Part shown: one piece after another, positions 40,201 through 55,200 of the stretch
How the letters are laid out: each line of letters opens with the position of its first letter
Position numbering within the stretch: the first letter of the stretch is position 1
Position numbers and translations under genes: made by a program
From: Narcine bancroftii
Lineage: Eukaryota
Length of the DNA: 64,000 bases
Direction of reading: 5' to 3'
Assembly: GCF_036971445.1 (NCBI RefSeq)
Contig: NC_091475.1
Span: forward strand, 49,352,001 to 49,416,000
Notes under the pieces: model-generated
Database searches by the model: none
What the model saw: only the letters and a program-made list of their open reading frames with translations
What the model was told of the DNA's origin: nothing

Positions 40201-43200
40201 ATTAATGGTAACATTCCATCTAATGAAAAGGCTCATAAACTTAACATAAAAAGTAGTATGCCTGAAGGTTGGAAGTATTTAGAATTCGAAAAGATGATGA
40301 AGTCAAAATAATTTGCAAGTCTAAATTAGTGAGAAACAAAAATAGTTTGTAAAAAGCTTTTGTCGGTTATGCAAAAAGAAACCAGCAAAGACAAAACTGT
40401 TCTTTACAGATAGAGATCCTGGTCCCATCATTTCACTGCAATGTTCATGAAAGTACACCAGCACCTTTACTTCCTCAGAAGCCTGAGGAAATTTAGCACA
40501 TCACCAGCATCCCTGAGAGCTTCTACAGATGCACCTTTGAAAGCATCCTTTCAGGATTCATTACTGTATGATATGTGAGCTGATCCACCCCAAATGGCAA
40601 GAATCTGCAGAGAGTTACAATCATGGCTCAGGCCATTAGACATACCCTGTCCCCCCTTCATCTATTCCATCTATATCTCCCACTGCCTTGAAAGAAACAA
40701 TCAACATTAAAAAAAGACTATTCCATCCCAGACAAAGTGTCTTCACCCTTACAGACCCCCTCCCATCTATGGTCAGGAAAAAGATTCACAAGTATAAGAT
40801 CATGTACCACTACATTCAAGGCAGTTTCTTTATTGCTGTTTTAGACTCCTGTGAGAACTGGAAAATTGTAAAATTCTGTGGCCTTTACTCTGTACCATTT
40901 GATCTCTCTCTGTAATTCGGCACTCTTGCATTGTGTTTTCTTCAGGGCTGTACGCTTTAAAGGGTTTCAACAGCAAGATAGCCAGGAGTTGCTTCATTAT
41001 TTATTAGATGGAATGAGAACAGAGGAGCTCAAAGTAAGTAGATTAATTTGGTAAAACACAAGATTCTGTTGATACTGTGATTAAGTGAAAAAACACACAA
41101 ATCCTGGAGAAACTCAGCAGATCAAACAGTGCCTTTATCTTTGGCTTGGCTTCGCGGACGAAGATTTATGGAGGGGTATGTCCACGTCTGATGCGGGACA
41201 GGCAGGCACGGTTGCAAGGGAAAATTGGTTGGTTGGGGTTGGGTGTTGGCTTTTTCCTCCTTTGTCTTTTGTCAGTGAGATGGGCTCCGCGGTCTTCTTC
41301 AAAGGAGTTTGCTGCCCGCCGAACTGTGAGGCGCCAAGATGCACGGTTGGAGGCGATATCAGCCCACTGGCGGTGGTCAATGTGGCAGGCACCAAGAGAT
41401 TTCTTTAAGCAGTCCTTGTACCTCTTCTTTGGTGCACCTCTGTCTCGGTGGCCAGTGGAGAGCTCACCATAGAACACGATCTTGAGAAGGCGATGGTCCT
41501 CCATTCTGGAGATGTGACCCACCCAGCGCAGTTGGGTCTTCAGCAGCATGGATTCGATGCTTGCGGACTCTGCCAGCTCGAGTACTTTGATGTTGGTGAT
41601 GAAGTCATTCCAATGAATGTTGAGGATGGAGCGGAGACAGCGCTGATGGAAGCGTTCTAGGAGCCGTAGGTGATGCCAGTAGAGGACCCATGATTCGGAG
41701 CCAAATGGGAGCGTGGGTATGACAACGGCTCTGTACACGCTGATCTTTGTATGTTTCTTCAGGTGGTTGTTTTTCCAGACTCTTTTGTGTAGTCAAAGGT
41801 AAAGATACATCCCCAACATTTTGGGCTTGAGCCCTTCATCAAGTAGATTGCTTTGGTCATGGATGAATGCTGATAAAACCTTGCACTGAAATGTACAGAC
41901 TCTGCTGTCAAAAATCAAACATGACTTCCTATAATTTAATTTAAAAGTTCCATGAGAACAGTGTAGCTCAATTTTGGGCCTAATGTGCAGTTTATGTAAC
42001 CTAACAATCCCACCTGAGAAGTCCAAGCAACTCACTTTTACATCCATATTTTTGTGATATTTGTAGAATGGCTTTGGAAAAGACAGTTATTTGCATTACT
42101 GCCTTGCTGATTTGGATGTTCAAAATCAAGACAAATGTAATGTTACATTTTCTAGAGAGTCCTTACAAACCACGGTATAATATGTCTGTGGGCTTGTGGG
42201 ACCTGCCAGAATTGAGACTGATGTGTGGCTCTTATTTTTAACAGAACTTTTACAAATGTGCATATTTTTTAAAAATAAAAAGCATAGGTTCAAAATGGTT
42301 TCACTGGATCAGTAATTAGTCTTATGATTAATTGCACTAATTTAGCTAAGGATGAAAATTAATCTGTAGGTCAGACTGGGAATATTGTAAAAAAATAAAA
42401 TTTAAAAAATAATATCTTATAACTTTATCTCAATCTCAGCGATTTGGTGCTGGCGTTTTAAAAGCCTTAAATTACTCTTCAGAAAAGATGGAAGATGAAG
42501 AATCCACAAGAAATAGGAAAGGTAATGACATTATACCAGTACAACTTCTTAGATGTTGGAAACTTTTTCAGTCGCTTATGCATGCTATCTGGATTACTAG
42601 TGAACTATATGGACCAAAAGGGCTAGTTGATGGTAGAGACAATGTTCAATGATAGGAAGTCAAGGAGGGAGAGAATTGACCAGTTTCAATTATCACCATA
42701 TTAATGGTGCAGGCACGACAATTGCTGCCTCTCAGGGCTGGTGATCCAGTTTCACTCCTGACCTTTGAAGAGGGCTGTGGAGTTGGCATGTTCTTATTAC
42801 TGTGTGAGTGTTGTGGTTTACTTCCCACCTCTGAAAGACATGGGTTAATAGACCAACACAAATCCAAATTCCAGGACCCCTTCCTGGTGTGTAGATGGTT
42901 GGTAGATTCTGTCAAGAGTTGATGGGAAGGTGAGGAAAGTAAAACGAGATCACTGTAAATGGATGTTGCGTGGTTGGCATGAATTCATTGGCCTGTGTGG
43001 CATTATAAGTGGAGTAAATATGGGTAGAATGGGTTGAATTTTGAAGCTTCACATGTTGGAATAGGTCATACCTCCCTGCCATGTCTCACACAAGGACAGC
43101 TGTTGAGTGAGGCATTAAAGGAATGCTGTTGCCTGGATCTAATCTGATGTACAGATTTAAAGAGCTCAGAGTCAGAGAATTGTAATGTTTTTAAAAGGGC

Positions 43201-46200
43201 AAATATACACGCTCTGCTTGTTATTTGCTGCTGTGCCCAGGGGTGACCATCTGTTCAAATTTAAATGCAAAAACAAGCAAGAACTTGGTGGTGACTTTTA
43301 TACCTGGTGATTTGATAATTACAGCCAGTGCCATCTGAGAAGTTTAATACTGTAACAACAGATACCACATTATACTGCACCATTTCTGAATGTTGTGTTT
43401 ATAATTCAGGCAATCATTGCTTAAGGAAACCTGAAAGTTTTGTAATGCAAGAACAAAGTAGTGTCTGGTAGCGTTAAAGTTGTAAGGTGATAATATTATG
43501 CTTGTTTATACATAATTTAATGATATTTTCCCCCCCCTTTTCCAGTATATGAAAAGGAGGCATCCACACTGAATTTTGTTGATCAAGTTTTTGGTGGTGA
43601 ACTGACAAATACAATCATGTGTGAGGAATGTAAAATGGTAAGATTAATTATAGAATAGACAGGGTACCCTTTTACAGACATTTTGTGAACTTTTATGAAT
43701 AAAACTTGTTTTGTGTATGTACATTGATATAGTACTTGTAAATTTTATGCCCTATGTTTGCTTCCTGAAGGTGTTGACTTATTGAGATAGGGTTTTATAT
43801 TCCTGTGTATCCACAGTACCTTCCATAAAGTATTCATAATTGAGCTTTGATATTGAGCATGAAGAGATTATTGGGTGTTGGGAATGTTCCCACCAGGTAA
43901 TACTCTAACTTCCTTGATGGACTGACAGGAATTTTAAAGTGATGGACAGTTTTGTCCTATGATTGAATTATTTTAATCATTTCATATGCTTCATGCCACC
44001 ATTTGAGTATTTCACATGGAACTTGAAGAAATATTTATAATCCAATTTCTGTAAGTCAAGGCACTCTCTCTTGTTTTAAAGTACAGTTGAGAACATGCAG
44101 TAATTTTAAAGCTATGGGGCTGAACTGACTTTCCAGATTATGTACATCCAAAATGCTTTGAGTGCCAGGATTAAATCTAAATTAAATTTTAAATTTAGAC
44201 GGGCCATTTCGGCCCACGAGTCCATGCCACCTAACTAACACCCAATTAACTTACAACCCCTGGTACATTTCGAGCAGTGGGAGGAAATGGGAGCCCCTGA
44301 GGAAAACTCACACAGACATGGGAGAACGTACAAACACCTCACAGACACCGTGGGATTCAAACCCAAGTCCTGATCGCTGACGCTATAAAGGCATTGTGCT
44401 AATCGCTATGCCAACCATGCCACCCCTGCTGATGAAATTGGTTTAAATAAAATCAGTGTGATCGGGTGCATTTCATGCAATTTTTCTAAATGTTTTGAAT
44501 TGGCCAGTTTCATCCAGGGTAATGATTGGAATGTTACCATTGAGAGGTAGGGTTAACATATGAGGAGCATATAGCTCTGGGCATGACTCGCTGGAGTTTA
44601 GAAAGATGAGGGGGGAATCTCTGAAACTTACTGAATATTGAAAGGGATGGATAGATTGGACACAAAGAAGATGTTTCCAGTGGTGCGAGAGTCTAGGAAA
44701 AGAGGACCAACTTCAAGATAAAAAGAAGTCCCATGGAACAGAGTTGAGGAGAAATTTTCAGCCAGAGGGTGGTGAATTTGTGGTATTTGTTGCCGTGGAT
44801 AGCTGTGGAGGCCAAGATGTTAGATTTATTTAAAGTGGAGGTTGATAAGTTCTTGTAAGGATGTCAAAGGTTTTGCAGAGAAGGCAGAAGAACAGGGTTG
44901 AGAGGAAAATATATCTCACCCATGACGTGAATGGTGGAGCAAACTTGATGGGCTGAACAGCCTAATTCTGCTCTTTCGTCTTATTTGTCCTGCTGTTTCA
45001 GATGAGAAAGTTGAGGATATTGTTGCTGATTTAGGTAGTGTGTTGTGTGAGGAGCAAAGTTGGTTCAGCTGTGGCTTACCACTTTCATTGAATACCAGAC
45101 CATAATTATAAAAAAACTGTTCAAGAAATTACACTGCAACAGTTGGAGAGGAAGAAATGGGTTAACTGTATGTTCGCCAATAAATTATTCCAAAAACTAA
45201 TTGTCTGTTACTTTTTCTCCAGGTTACATTAGTAAAAGAATCTTTTTTAGACTTGTCACTTCCTATTTTGGATGATCAGGTAAAATATTGTCTAATGTTA
45301 TTATATGCTTTGAATGTTAGGACATTATTTGGAAGTTTACAAGTCATAACCATAAATTACTGTACTGGTCATTGCTGCCTAATGTTTAATATTTGAACTA
45401 TTAAAGTAATTCCATATTTTATTTCCTTTTCCAGCAAGATCCTCCAGCGACCTTGTGAGGAACCTTGTGAGGTTCCTTGTGAGGAACGAAAATTTAGAGG
45501 TGGTATCATGGAAAGAAGTGTGAGAATGGCCACAAGTTTCTCTGTGACTTGTCTCTCTGTTGATTTCTGTTCAGTTCGCTTTGGAGTGACTTTATCTGAT
45601 CATGGCTTTAGTTAAGGAGAGAAAATAAGCCTCGACTCTCAATTATATCATCTAATGTTGAAATGTGTGATCTATTTCAATTGAATTACCTATTCAGTTG
45701 GGTATGACATCCATTTGAGTTGGCCATGATGCAGGTGTAAGAACAGGAGTGGCTACTTCAGCCTCTGGCCATTCATTCACATTATGGCTTATTTGCATAA
45801 CCCTAACCCTTATTTACTGGTTACTTTAAGAAGGCATCGGAAGATCATTGGAAAATTTTGTACTTTATTATGACATTTTTATTTTTATTACTATTTTCTT
45901 TTGTCTCTATAAAATATCACTGTACATGAGCTCGGCCTGAATCATTGTCTTTTATCAGAGCAATGTTGTCCAAAACTTGTAAGTGTTTGGTTTTAGTTGA
46001 TAGTTCTTTCTTTGTCTGATGTAGCATTGTCAGAGATTTACAAAACAGAAACAAACTTGCTGTCCCAACTTACTCGAGCTAACTAAGTTGTCTACGCAAG
46101 CTTGTCCCATTTGCCTGCATTTGGCCCATATCCCCCTTAACCATTCCTATCCATGTGCCTGTCTAAATGTCTTGTTAATGTAATGCTTTTACTCTCTTCT

Positions 46201-49200
46201 ACTACCACCTCTGGCAGTTTTTTTCCAAATACTCACTGTCCTTCCACCATTTTTGATGGATTTGTCACTGTATGTTCAAGATAGAGACAAAGGGTCAGGG
46301 TCAGAGTATACAGGCTTGCATACCATTTGAGTTTAGCCTCACTCTAATGCAATGATAATATTACTTCCTCCACATTAAATGGAACAATAGATACACCAAT
46401 AGTGGAGACACCTTTGATCCTTGGGTGTTTGACCTCCATCGGACAGAGCAGCTCTATCCAGAAGTTATTTACTACATTTAATTTTGGTGTTTTATTTCAG
46501 GGTAAGAAAAAATCCCAAGGGAAACATGGAAAAAACACTGTTGCAGATGATCTAAATGAAAATATTGGTCTCTGCAATGGAAACTTCGTCTCTAAATTCA
46601 GAGATGATACTTCAACTGCCCCAAGCAAATATGAACAAAAGAAAGCAAAGAAACAAGCTAAAAAGCAAGCCAAGGTAAAGGACCTTCATCTTTAATCCAT
46701 TTGCCATTTTGAGTGCAAGAAGTTCACAGAATCCATTTATTCCCTTGTGTCTCTACCTCATTTCTGCTTGGCAATTCAATTTCAGTTCTCTTCTCCTCCT
46801 CCCCCCCACCGCCCCCCCCCCCACCCCCACCAATCTTGAACCAAGATACTAGTGGAATGGGCAGTAGGATGCTCAAAAGAAATTGATCATTAAATCGAGC
46901 ATGAGGGTGAATTGATGATATTAGGTGTTTAACAAACGTTAGAGAAGAAAATAGACCAATAGAAAATCCAAATCCTGCCCTCCTTGAAATCTAAAATAAA
47001 AGCAGAAAAATATTGGGAAAGGTTAGGGTCAGGAGGCATCTGTGAAGAGAGAAAAAGATGCGATGCTTCATATTAGCAATTGTTTATCAGAAATGTAAAG
47101 AGAAAGCTAAGATGAATTGAAAAGAGAAAGGAGCAGAGATTAAATAAATGAAAGTAACCCTTGTTCAAACCAAAAATGATTAGCAATGGCACAAGTAGAC
47201 ATTTCAATTAGGTCTTAGTTAATGAAGGAAAAGTCAATGATCAAGGATGTAATGTGAGGTAAGCAGACAATGAATGTGTTAGGGTTAGGATTTAAAAAAC
47301 AGTAGAAAAAGTGTTAAATAGACTCCAGTGGGAGATGGATTTAATTCTTCTTGTTAAATGACAGAATTCAAATGTCCTAAATTAGCCCAGCTTGTATCTG
47401 TGAGGTTAGTGGAGAACATTAACTTTCATGAAGATCTACTAAAGCAGATGGCCTTGTATCTGAAAGTGAGTGAATATTTGAATTGTTTGCTGTAACAATT
47501 TGTCCTGGAACCAACAAGGAAAATGTAATATTAGGTTTAATGAGTAATATGCCAGATTTAGTCACTAACCCAGTGGTGTAAACATTTATCTATTAGTAAT
47601 CAAACCATGATTGTGTTTAATATATTATTGGAAAGAGAGAAATGTGAAATTAGTAGTGTGAGGTGATACATTTTGGAAGGACAAACCTGAAGGCTGAGTA
47701 CAGGGTTAATGGTAAGTTACATAAGATTGTGGATGAACAGAGGGACCTTGGCGTTCAAATCCATACTTCCCTCAAGGTCACCACACAGGTTGATAAGATA
47801 GTTAAGAAGGCCTATGAGATGCTGGGCTTCATTAATAGGGGGTTTGAGTTCAAGAGTAGAGAGGTCATGTTGCAATTCTACAAATGTCTGGTGAGACCAC
47901 CCTTGGAGTATTGTGTTCAGTTCTTGCCACCTCATTATAGGAAGGATGTGGAAGCTATGGAGAGGGTACGGAGAAGATTTACCAGGATGTTACCTGGATT
48001 GGAAAATAAGTCTTATGAGGCAAGAGTAGCAGAGCTGGGGCTTTTTTCTTTGGAGTGAAGAAGGATGAGAGGAGGCTTAAAAAAGGTCTACAAGATTATG
48101 ACAGCCAGTGCCTTTTTCCCAGGACAGGAAGAGCAAACACCAGAGGACGTATGTACAAAGTGAAGGGAGGGAAGTTTAGAGGAGACATCAGGGATGAGAT
48201 TTTTACAGAGAGATTTGTGGGTGCCTGGAATGCCTTGCTGCCAGGGATGGTGGTGGAAGCGGAAACATTAGAGCATTTAAGAGACTCATAGGCATGCGGA
48301 TGGAAGAAAAATATAGTGTTACAAGGTAGAGAGGATTTAGTACTTTTTTTAAAAGAATATATGAGCCAGCACAACATCAAGGGCCAAAGGTCCTGTACTG
48401 CCCTTTAATTTCTTGGGTAGGGTACACTCCAAGCAATTAGCCAGTGACACATCAGTTAATGGATAAAATGGCAGTACTTGTAGATTAACGGGAGATTGGA
48501 AAAGCTTTAAAATAATTCAAAATCAGTTTGCATCGCTTGGGACAAGACTTTTTCTTGAAAAAGGAACAGACTGCAATGACAAAAGAGGTAACAGAGAAAA
48601 AGAAATGCCAGCTATCCTTTCATTTCCACAAGTGATGTGTGGCCTGCTGAGTTCCTCGAACAACTTTATTTTTGCTGCTGAGTACAAAATACACATCAAG
48701 CATAGAGCTTGGTCCTACTTAGCTCCACATGATATTAACTGATTCATTCTCTCTTTATCTATCTTTTTCTTTTCACTTCTCTCAGCTTTCTACAGTCAGT
48801 TTGGTTCTCATCTGAATTATATTTCATCATGATCTCTAAGTCCTTTGCAATTAATTCAGAGTTTTAATCTTGGTCCCGCACCATTTTTCCCCAGTTCTGT
48901 GACAGATTTACCAGTCAGAATTTAGATGCACTTGACTCTGGCCAAATCCTCTTTCACCTCTTTGAACTGGCTCTCTCCTAATTAAGAAGATTGTTCTTGA
49001 TATTAGAAGCCTTGTGATTATTGTATCTAACTTATTCTCTCACTGACACCTGGTCCACTGAACCTTGGTTCCCTTAAGCCAACATTATATCATTCTTTGA
49101 ACTGAAAAGGAACCAATCAAGGAAGTAGTGAATATATTTCAGAAATTTCACTCATCCCAACTCTTCTTAATCCCTCAACTCTGGAAACATCTCCCATTTC

Positions 49201-52200
49201 AAAGTTGTTTCAGAATACAGCAATTGTGATTAAAAACAAAATGTTGGAAATACTCAGCTCATCCAGCATTATCTGTGAAGCGAAGTTTTTCTGCAGGCAT
49301 CGTCTGACTTGTAAGTATTTCCAGTATATTCTGTAATATTTCATTTTTAAAGTATTCTGCAGAATTTTCAGTTTAATTCAGTAATGCACGTTCCCCCAAA
49401 TTGCCACTCCACAGTTTTTGCAGCTTCCTTGCAGATTCTATCAGTCTTTATTTCTTATTAGTCGTATGATGGAACTCTTCTCCCTCCTTGGCAATCCACA
49501 TTGTGGCATTTTTCTAAATGCCACAAAAGCTCACACCACCAGGTTCAGGAACAGCTGCTTCCCCTCCACCATCAGACTCCCCAACAATAAACTCAATCAG
49601 GGACTCATTTAAGAACTCTTATTTTTCCACTTTATTGATTTTTTTTTCTCTAGTCAGTTTGTTTATATTTCTTTATTTGTTTACATGTGTATGTTGTGTA
49701 ATTCTGCTTACCTGCAGGAAAAAGAATCTCAGGTCATGTATGTACTCTGACAATAAATCTGAAATTTATCTAAATGGTGATGAAATGGTGGAATCATTGA
49801 CTTGGGCAGTGTATACGTTTACATCAAATACCATGAAAAGGTGCTTAAAATAACTAAAAAAAGAAATGGAAAGTTGGCCTTTCTCTCAAGAGCAAAGCCT
49901 TGATTGAACAAGAAATGCATGCAGTTCTGGGTTCTGTGATTTATCCTTTGAGAAAGAGCAAAGTACTTCTCCCAGAAAGAATTCCAGGGTGAGAGATTCG
50001 TTCCCTGGAATTTAGAAAGTTAAATTGTGGTTTGATCATAGTTTAGATCTGATTTTTGTGAAAAATGGGTGAAAGATATTGAGAATAAAAGGGTTAACGA
50101 GTTTCAGTTTCAGATTTCTTGTGATATTTAGAGACACTGGCTTAAGGGACTAAATTGTTCCAGTGTTTCTAACATTGAGGTAATCACTTTCAACTCCTAA
50201 CCACTCCTTTGTGACTGCTGGTAATGATTCTGCTTTTGTCACCTCTCAAATGCTTTTTTTCCTCTACTTCTTTCCATACTATTCCCTTTTGCCATTTATT
50301 CCCTCCTGCCTTTTATGGTCTTTCGGTTTGCACTACTTCCTTTCCTTTCTTTACACTTGGTTTTGCCAAGAGGATCTTCACTACAATCCGCCACTTCTTT
50401 TCTAACCCTGCTGTTGTTCTTGCCATTAAAAGCCAGATTGCTCTTAACTGTAATTAAGTGGTGCAAATGTCTTTTTTGTTTCTAACTCTTCTTTTGTAAG
50501 CAAATTTGTACTTCCAACTCTATAAAATGTATCCGTGAGGTTGCATATCTGTGCGACATTGAACACAAACTTTTTTTTCTCCCTCTTTCTGTTCTCCCAA
50601 GGTGTATTTAACTTATTTTAAAACAAAAACACCAGATGTTGAAATGACTGATCCTGGACTTCGTTGTCTGTCACTTTTATTATCCCTGCCACCCCCATTA
50701 AGCAACAGTAAGCTTGAGGGGGAACATCCAATCTTCCATGTTGTCACAGATGCTGCCCGTCCTCCTGAGTATTTCTCGCACACTTTTTCATTTCTGATTT
50801 TTCACAGCTGCTGTTCTGTGTATCTCACTATTCCAGCATTGTTTGTGCTTCTTTCTTCTACACTCCCCCTTTCATCTTCCTCTATTAGATACATCAGCAT
50901 TCAGACCACCCCTTAGGTGGCACCAACAGCAATTATATCACCAGGATTCTCTAGTTTCTAACTTATTCAGTTATCTTTGTTCTTTCCATTTTTCTCCTTT
51001 TCAGCAAATTGAAAAAAGCTCGTTTTCCCACTTTTCTACATTTTTAAAGATGATTGATCTAAAACCTTGACTCAGTTTTACTCTCCTCAGAGGTTCTCGA
51101 CCTGAATATTTCCAGCATTTCTGCTTCTATTTTAATTTGTTGGTACTGTTCATCCTTTCATTGTGATGGGGAATACTTTCTTAAACCAATGAACTTGAAT
51201 TTTATACTAAAACACCTTAATTTCTGGTTTCAAATTGCTGACACCAGTGATTTCTTTTCGTTGCACCCTCCAAAGAAAGAAATCTTCACCAACCTGACAT
51301 CCTTGGTCTTAAGAAAGAGCAATTAAGTAGTTTAGGTTTTTCTGCTCTTTTGCTATTTGGTTATAATGCATCTGTAAGCGTTTTGTTTTGTTTGTTTTAG
51401 CACCAACGGCGACAGCAGAAGGCCCAAGCAAAAGTGCTTAGTATGGAGGACTCCACTGACAAATGTTCTTCAGATAAAGTGCAGAGGGGAGAACATGATG
51501 TCTCTGGAGAAAGCAAGGAAGACCTAGAGTCAAATGATATTGAAGCAGAGGTCTCTCCAGAGCCAGACACCGATGACAGCTTACCAACTGTTCATTGTCT
51601 TGAGCCCACAGCAAAGGAAACTATAGCAGATGATGGCCAAGAATTAAGCCAAGAAAATTTTGATGTTGGTGATGAAGAAGTCAATTCTGGGAAAACTGAG
51701 CAAAAGAAAGGCCATACTGATTCCCACAACTCCAAGGACTTTGACTCTTCAGGGACATTTGAATCAAATAGAGTGACTAAAGACCCAGGTGGAAAATCCA
51801 GTGAAAATGAAACTATTGTGGAAAATATGAATAAACTAAATCTGAATGAATGCACAACGAATCAGGATGAAATAACTTTGGATCGAGTGGAATTCAAAAA
51901 CCCTTCTGGAACTCCAAATGATCGACTTTCTTCCATTAAAGACAAACAAGTGTTGTTTTTGGATCCTGAGAAAGTATTTCGCACATTGACAGACAGAAAG
52001 CTGCTGAATGTACAGGATGGTTCTATTGAGGCTTGTTTACGGCAGTTTACTCAAATAGAGAACCTCACTGGAGCAAACAAGCTGCTCTGTGAAGAATGTA
52101 CCCAAAGGCAGTGCAAAAATGGATCGAAGATCAAAGGAAATGGTAGTAAAATAATTGAGCATTGTTATTACAATTTCATATGTTTATTTGTCATAAGACT

Positions 52201-55200
52201 TTCATGGATCCATTGTGAACATTTGGCAAGTATGATGTTGGGAAAGTCAGCACTGTGTTGTGTCAGCTGCTGAGAGATGATCCCAGAATTTGAACTTAAA
52301 TCATAGTGGTAGCAACAGAAGGCACTTTATTGGAACATAGATGGTCAGAAATTTTCTAACTGGAAATAAGGATGAGGCATGAGGACATGTGTCCCAATGC
52401 TTGGTAAAAGAGAGCATTTTAAGCAGTGTCTTAGGAAGAGTTAGGTGAATCTGCCTTGCTAACGGAATGCCTGCCCATGACTGGGTGCAGAGAGTATAGG
52501 ATGCAGTAGAGATCGAGGTGTTGGGTGAAAGGAAAAGCCAAGTGGTTCTCTCTTGGAGAGATGTGGACTGCCGATACATTGGAATTTGAAAATTCTTAAG
52601 ATCAAATCGATAATTTCAAGATGCCTTTATTGTCATGTAATTGTACAGAACATGTAATATTACATAAAATTGCCTTCTGCCTGCTCTAAGACAGTCAAAG
52701 AGTCGCCCATTAGTGTCGCCCAGTGCCCCTTACAGTACAAGAGAAAGGGAAGCAAAAGAGAATCCCTTCAGAGTCACTGAGTGTCTGTGGATTTGCCTCC
52801 AGTTCTCCCACAGCCTCTGCAGGTGCACAGACTCCTGTTTGATTCATCGGCCACCTGAAACCTCCAACATGATCAGGAAGCCATTGCCCGAGGCTCTTCG
52901 GGAACCCTTCTTGCCCTCAGCCCCCTCTCAAAACCCTGTTCTGATACCTGGTTCTCATGAGCCAGACTCAAGCAGTCCGCAGCCTGTGTGGGTCTTTTGA
53001 CCACAAGTTGGCAACAGCCTGCACCCTACGTGGGTCCCTCAGCAGCTGAGCCCCTTGCTGGTCCGATCCTATGGTCACCTTCCCCGTGCTTTCATCTCCT
53101 CTATTTCTCTTTCTCATCGAGGGTGTTTTTCCCCTCTCTGGTGCCTTGCACTGGTCCACTGCTCCTTGGAGTCAGCAAGCCCTTGTGGCCACTGCCCAGC
53201 AAAGACGCCACCAACTTGGGCACAAAACCCTGCGGTTGCAGGATTTTACTTACAAACTCTGTCGGCTCCTTTAACAGGCTGTTTAAAGCTTATATGAAGC
53301 TGACGGCATTAGCACCGGGCGCTTGAAACTGAGGAGCAGAGCTGTATCTCCCCACTCTCCCAGGTCCACACCAGCTAGGCCAGTTTGAATTGTGTGTGTT
53401 CAAATTTATAAGGGAGAAAAGGTCATGAGTTTGGAAGATAAGTCTGACAACATTAGAATGGTCAGTCTGGAGATAAAAATGGTTGGATTGCAGCAGCATT
53501 TGGGGGCACTAAATGGCTGTGCTGAGATTGAGAGGATGTGAAATGTAAATTCACTTTTGGGTTAAATAGATTAATTGTAACCGTGAATTTTATTTTTGGT
53601 AAATGACAGTTTAGAATGGAGATTAAGGGAGTCTGTTTTGAAGTACCAAAGAGTTTAGAATTGCTTTACAAAGCTGTATTTACATGAAACGGGAAAGGTT
53701 CAATCAAAGCAAAAAAGCAAGTTCTAGCAATCACCTGATTTATAGCCAGCAGAAAATTCTATCATAACTACTTTAAAGATTTAAGCTCAAGAAATGTCAA
53801 TAGTGACATGGAGCTCTCTTGCATTGTGTAGTCATTACCAGCCTCGGTCTGGTCAATTGTTTTTTGGTATTTCATATTTGTGTCCCTTTACTGATCTGCA
53901 TCCTAGATGTACACCATTTTCTGCACATCAGGTCCACGTCTTTTAAGTGAGTTTGGCAAGTATTTGTCAGATGTTAGTGTTTATGCTTTAAAGTAGGCCT
54001 GCATGCAACTGGTTAAACTCTTATCCAATCTTCACCATCAACACAACGTTTTTAACCCATTGTGCAAGGCTGGATTTTAACCTTCAAAAGTCATTATTTT
54101 TAGCTACCATTCATTTCAAAGAGTTAGGTGAAATAATTTGAGTTATTTTTAAAGAACACAAAAAAATTGCTTTAAATTTTTGGCTATCATTATTGAATAT
54201 TCCTAATAAATAGCTGGCCTGGAGGACAGCTGGAACAATAGGGGCATTTAAGAGACTTTAGACAGGCACAGGGACAAAAGAAAAATAGAGGGTTATGGGA
54301 TAAGGGTTTTTAAAAAAATTTGGTCAGTATTTATAGTTGGCACAACATTATGGGCCAAAGGCCCGGTACTGTGCTGTAATGTTTTATGTAATCTGGCTAT
54401 AACTCCTGTAAACTAATAAAGCCAGCAGATGCTTTCTTTTACAGTTTAGATTTGATTGATGAATTGGATCACAGCATACATTTAGTGAGACATTAATGAA
54501 ATGGGCATGATCAAGTCCAATATCAACAAACATGTTCTTTAAATCGCAAATCTGTTTAAAATGAAATTGAGTCTGCTCATAGATGTCAAGTGTCATAAAG
54601 TAGTGCACATGTGCAAAGCTCCAATTTCCTGCGAAAGTTTATAAAATTGTGTGCTTCTATTGCCAGACCACAGGTCACACAATTTTTGCAAACAATTCAC
54701 CCAGATTGGAGTTCATTGAACTTTGTGATGCTGCATTTTGGACTTTTGCTTCCAATATGTTCATTATCAATAAAATAACATTTCTATTGTGTGCTTTAGA
54801 ACATAAATGATCTTCCATTATAAAAACTGTTTCTCTTTTATTGAAATGTAAAAAAGCACCTTGAAACTAGTCTCTTTTTTTAAATTTGCAGATGAAAATC
54901 ATGTATACACGAATGCCAAGAAACAAATGCTTATTTCATTGTTTCCTCCAATTCTTGCACTTCATTTGAAAAGGTTTCAGCAGGTAATTAGTTAAGTATT
55001 CTTCCTTGCATATTATATTTATACAGTTTGTTGTTTCTGAGTTACAACATTTTTTTATTTGAAAGTTAGGTGGCATTTGGAAAATGTACTTTTCAACAGT
55101 GACAAAATATTTGATCAAATACTTTCTGAATATATTTTATCATATAATTTCTGAATATACTTGGGGATCTTATTTGTTTACTGGTGCCCAAGGAGAGTGT

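Noticed and set aside
52143-52273. ORF extension beyond USP16 exon 13
   Set aside because: Intronic read-through with no similarity; splicing at 52142 is needed to reach the remaining catalytic exons.
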